Below, in pieces: positions 62,067 to 64,000 of a stretch of DNA of 64,000 bases. A program made the position numbers and the translations under genes. The stretch lies in the NCBI RefSeq assembly GCF_018350175.1, contig NC_058368.1, positions 217,064,001-217,128,000 on the forward strand, in the 5' to 3' direction. The notes under the pieces were generated by a model that was given only the letters and a program-made list of their open reading frames with translations, made no database searches and was not told the origin of the DNA. Source of the DNA: Felis catus (taxonomy: Eukaryota). Position 1 is the first letter of the stretch. Every line of letters begins with the position of its first letter.

Positions 62067-63304
62067 TGATGAAGTTTTGGGATGATGGTGGGGGTTCGTG
62101 GAGTCCAGAGCTGACAGCCAAGAAAGAATTCTTGAAGATGTCTTTGGTGCAAAAAGGTGATTTTATTAAAGCAGGACCCGTGGGCAGGAAGAGCTGTACT
62201 GGAGTTGTGTAGAATGACTGGTTGTATACTACGGACTTGGGAGAGGTAAAGTCAAAGGGAAAGTTTCCTAAAAGACTTCTGTATGCTAATGTTAGGAGCC
62301 AAGCTCCTAGGCCCTATGGAATGAGAGTTGGCGCAAAGAACCACACGGCACTCCGACGTCGGCAGAGAGTCTTTACTGGTGCACCAGGGCTCCCCAGTGT
62401 TGGAAAGCGGGAGAGCCTCGATAAACGGGGTCACAGGTCTTTTATGCTATTTTGAGTCTTATTTGCATACAGGCTGGTGGTAGGCTCTCTGCTCGGTGAT
62501 GGTTAGGGTTGTGGGTAGTTTCGTCCCGGGGAAGCTTGGGAAATGAAGTTTCTTTTGGCTGATGCAACTTGGAGCCCAGGCTGCGAAGCGGCTAGGGACC
62601 TTCTGGTTAGGGTTGGGCGCGTAAGCAAGATTACTATGGTTGGGCGCGTAAGCAAGATTACAGAAGCGAGAGGAAAGCGGTTATCTATGTAGCAGCCTGT
62701 ACAGCTCCCCCGGTGTCCAGATGTCTAACCGCAGAAATCCTGTTTGTTAACTAGTGGGAGTACAGGCTCTGCGAGTGAGGCGTTTACAAAGTTGAAGGTA
62801 GGGTGGGGGTGTTTTAGTAAGCTAGACCAGGGGTCTCTCACTAAAGACGCACAGATTACTGAAGACCCAGCTATTGCCAAGCTAAATTTGTTTTTCCCTA
62901 TAGCAAATCATTAACATTGAGACAGTAGGGAGAAACATTTTATTTTGCCTGCCTTAAGTATTTGTCAGTGGGCTGCAGGTTATAAGGAAACTTAATTTTA
63001 CCTGCCATTTCCTTCTTGCATTAGTTCCCCCTAGCACTATGGAGGGGTGATGTTAGGGCTCCAGGAAACTTGAGTCTATAGATTTCTGGAGATTAGGCTT
63101 TGATGAGATTGCCTTTTTCTTGTAATTTACTAAGATATTTGTATATTGATGGAGACTCTACCAATTTAACCATTTGTTTTTGTCTTTTCCTTTATCCTTG
63201 GGCAGTCAGGAGTGCCTGAGCAATGTCGCACATATCCCACCTGGGGGGAGGAGGGTAATGCTAGCTTGTGCTCGGCTCTCAGTTTGCCTTATGGTCCCTC
63301 ATCA
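62067..63304 (-). mobile_element. ERV1-type solo LTR, same family as 60291-61000, split by a nested LTR
   Basis: TGATGA...CATCA termini, TSD caag/aaag; shared blocks such as ctttaataaaatcacctttttgcaccaaaga and aagaaggaaatggcag. Confidence 0.85.
62290..62840 (-). mobile_element. ERV-DC / RD-114-related gammaretroviral solo LTR (551 bp)
   Basis: Minus strand reads TGAGAGACCCC...GGAGCTTGGCTCCTAACA; perfect TSD ctaa (62286-62289, 62841-62844); octamer 62461-62468; CATAAAA 62440-62446; AGTAAA 62372-62377; R/U5 matches my recollection of RD-114/ERV-DC LTRs. Confidence 0.85.
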
Positions 63305-64000
63305 AAAGGGCTCAAGAAAATGCAGATTTAGTACTGCATTTTGGGCTTGGAACCTGGTAGAGTTCTATCGATCTTTATGAGTATCTTTGTCTCCCAAATT
63401 CACAGTCACAATAGGAAAGAAATGGCCCAGTCAAACTAAGATATTGTGTGGCAGGCTCATTTATTCACAATAGGACTAATTAGGAATCCGCAAGTGGGAC
63501 AGACACTGTGTGAACCCAGGACTAATAGCAAACAGAGCTGTTACTACCCTTAGGCCTAGAGGACTGAGGGAGTGACTGACGGAAGCAAGGAAGGATCTAC
63601 AGATTGATTCTGGACCGGTAACTGTTTGCTAGAATAGCTAGGTAAAGAAACAGTGAGCTAGGTACAGAAATTAATAGCAAGCGTTTGCAAATTTTGATGG
63701 TAATTTGATAGAATAATTGTATGTTTGTTTTACCTATTAATAACAGTGTTTTGGATTATCTGGGAAAAAAAGAGCAGTATCTTTGAAAGGGTAGGAATGA
63801 AAGTCATTTTTGAGAGGGATACAAAGCGATTTGAGAAAGCAGAAATGAGTTAACAGATCCTTATAGAAGTCTTACTATGGAAAGAAACAACAAAATAATA
63901 GAGTAATAAGGGAGGCTTGTGGTATCCAGAGACTAATGAAATTTTGTTGTTTAAGTGGTTAGTGCTACTGTTTTTATTTTTGTCACTATTTTTTGTTATT

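Noticed and set aside
60291..63304. Possible provirus bounded by two LTRs
   Set aside because: The LTRs are inverted with separate TSDs, and the spacer has no PBS or gag/pol/env

Overview
AT-rich mammalian DNA from a felid, probably genus Felis. The evidence is about 35 tRNA-derived Can-SINEs (including young SINEC_Fc-type copies), carnivore-type L1s and an ERV-DC/RD-114-like LTR. I recognise no protein-coding gene: nearly every ORF in the track is a SINE, microsatellite or decayed L1 ORF2 read-through, so the window looks intergenic or deep intronic. Main points: (i) five ERV1-type solo LTRs in ~4.3 kb (58978-63304), forming two LTR-in-LTR nests plus an inverted same-family pair, with a young 551-bp ERV-DC-like solo LTR innermost; (ii) an apparently non-repeat, CpG-retaining element at ~38.4-38.8 kb with a GC box, an X-box-like motif, a perfect palindromic kappaB site and an overlapping open 141-nt minus-strand exon candidate; (iii) a TSD-bounded L1 whose extreme 5' end is fused directly to the end of ORF1; (iv) several SINE-in-SINE nests sharing an AAGAGT target; (v) a few orphan exon candidates. 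Family names come from recall, not database searches. I found no convincing new biological system.
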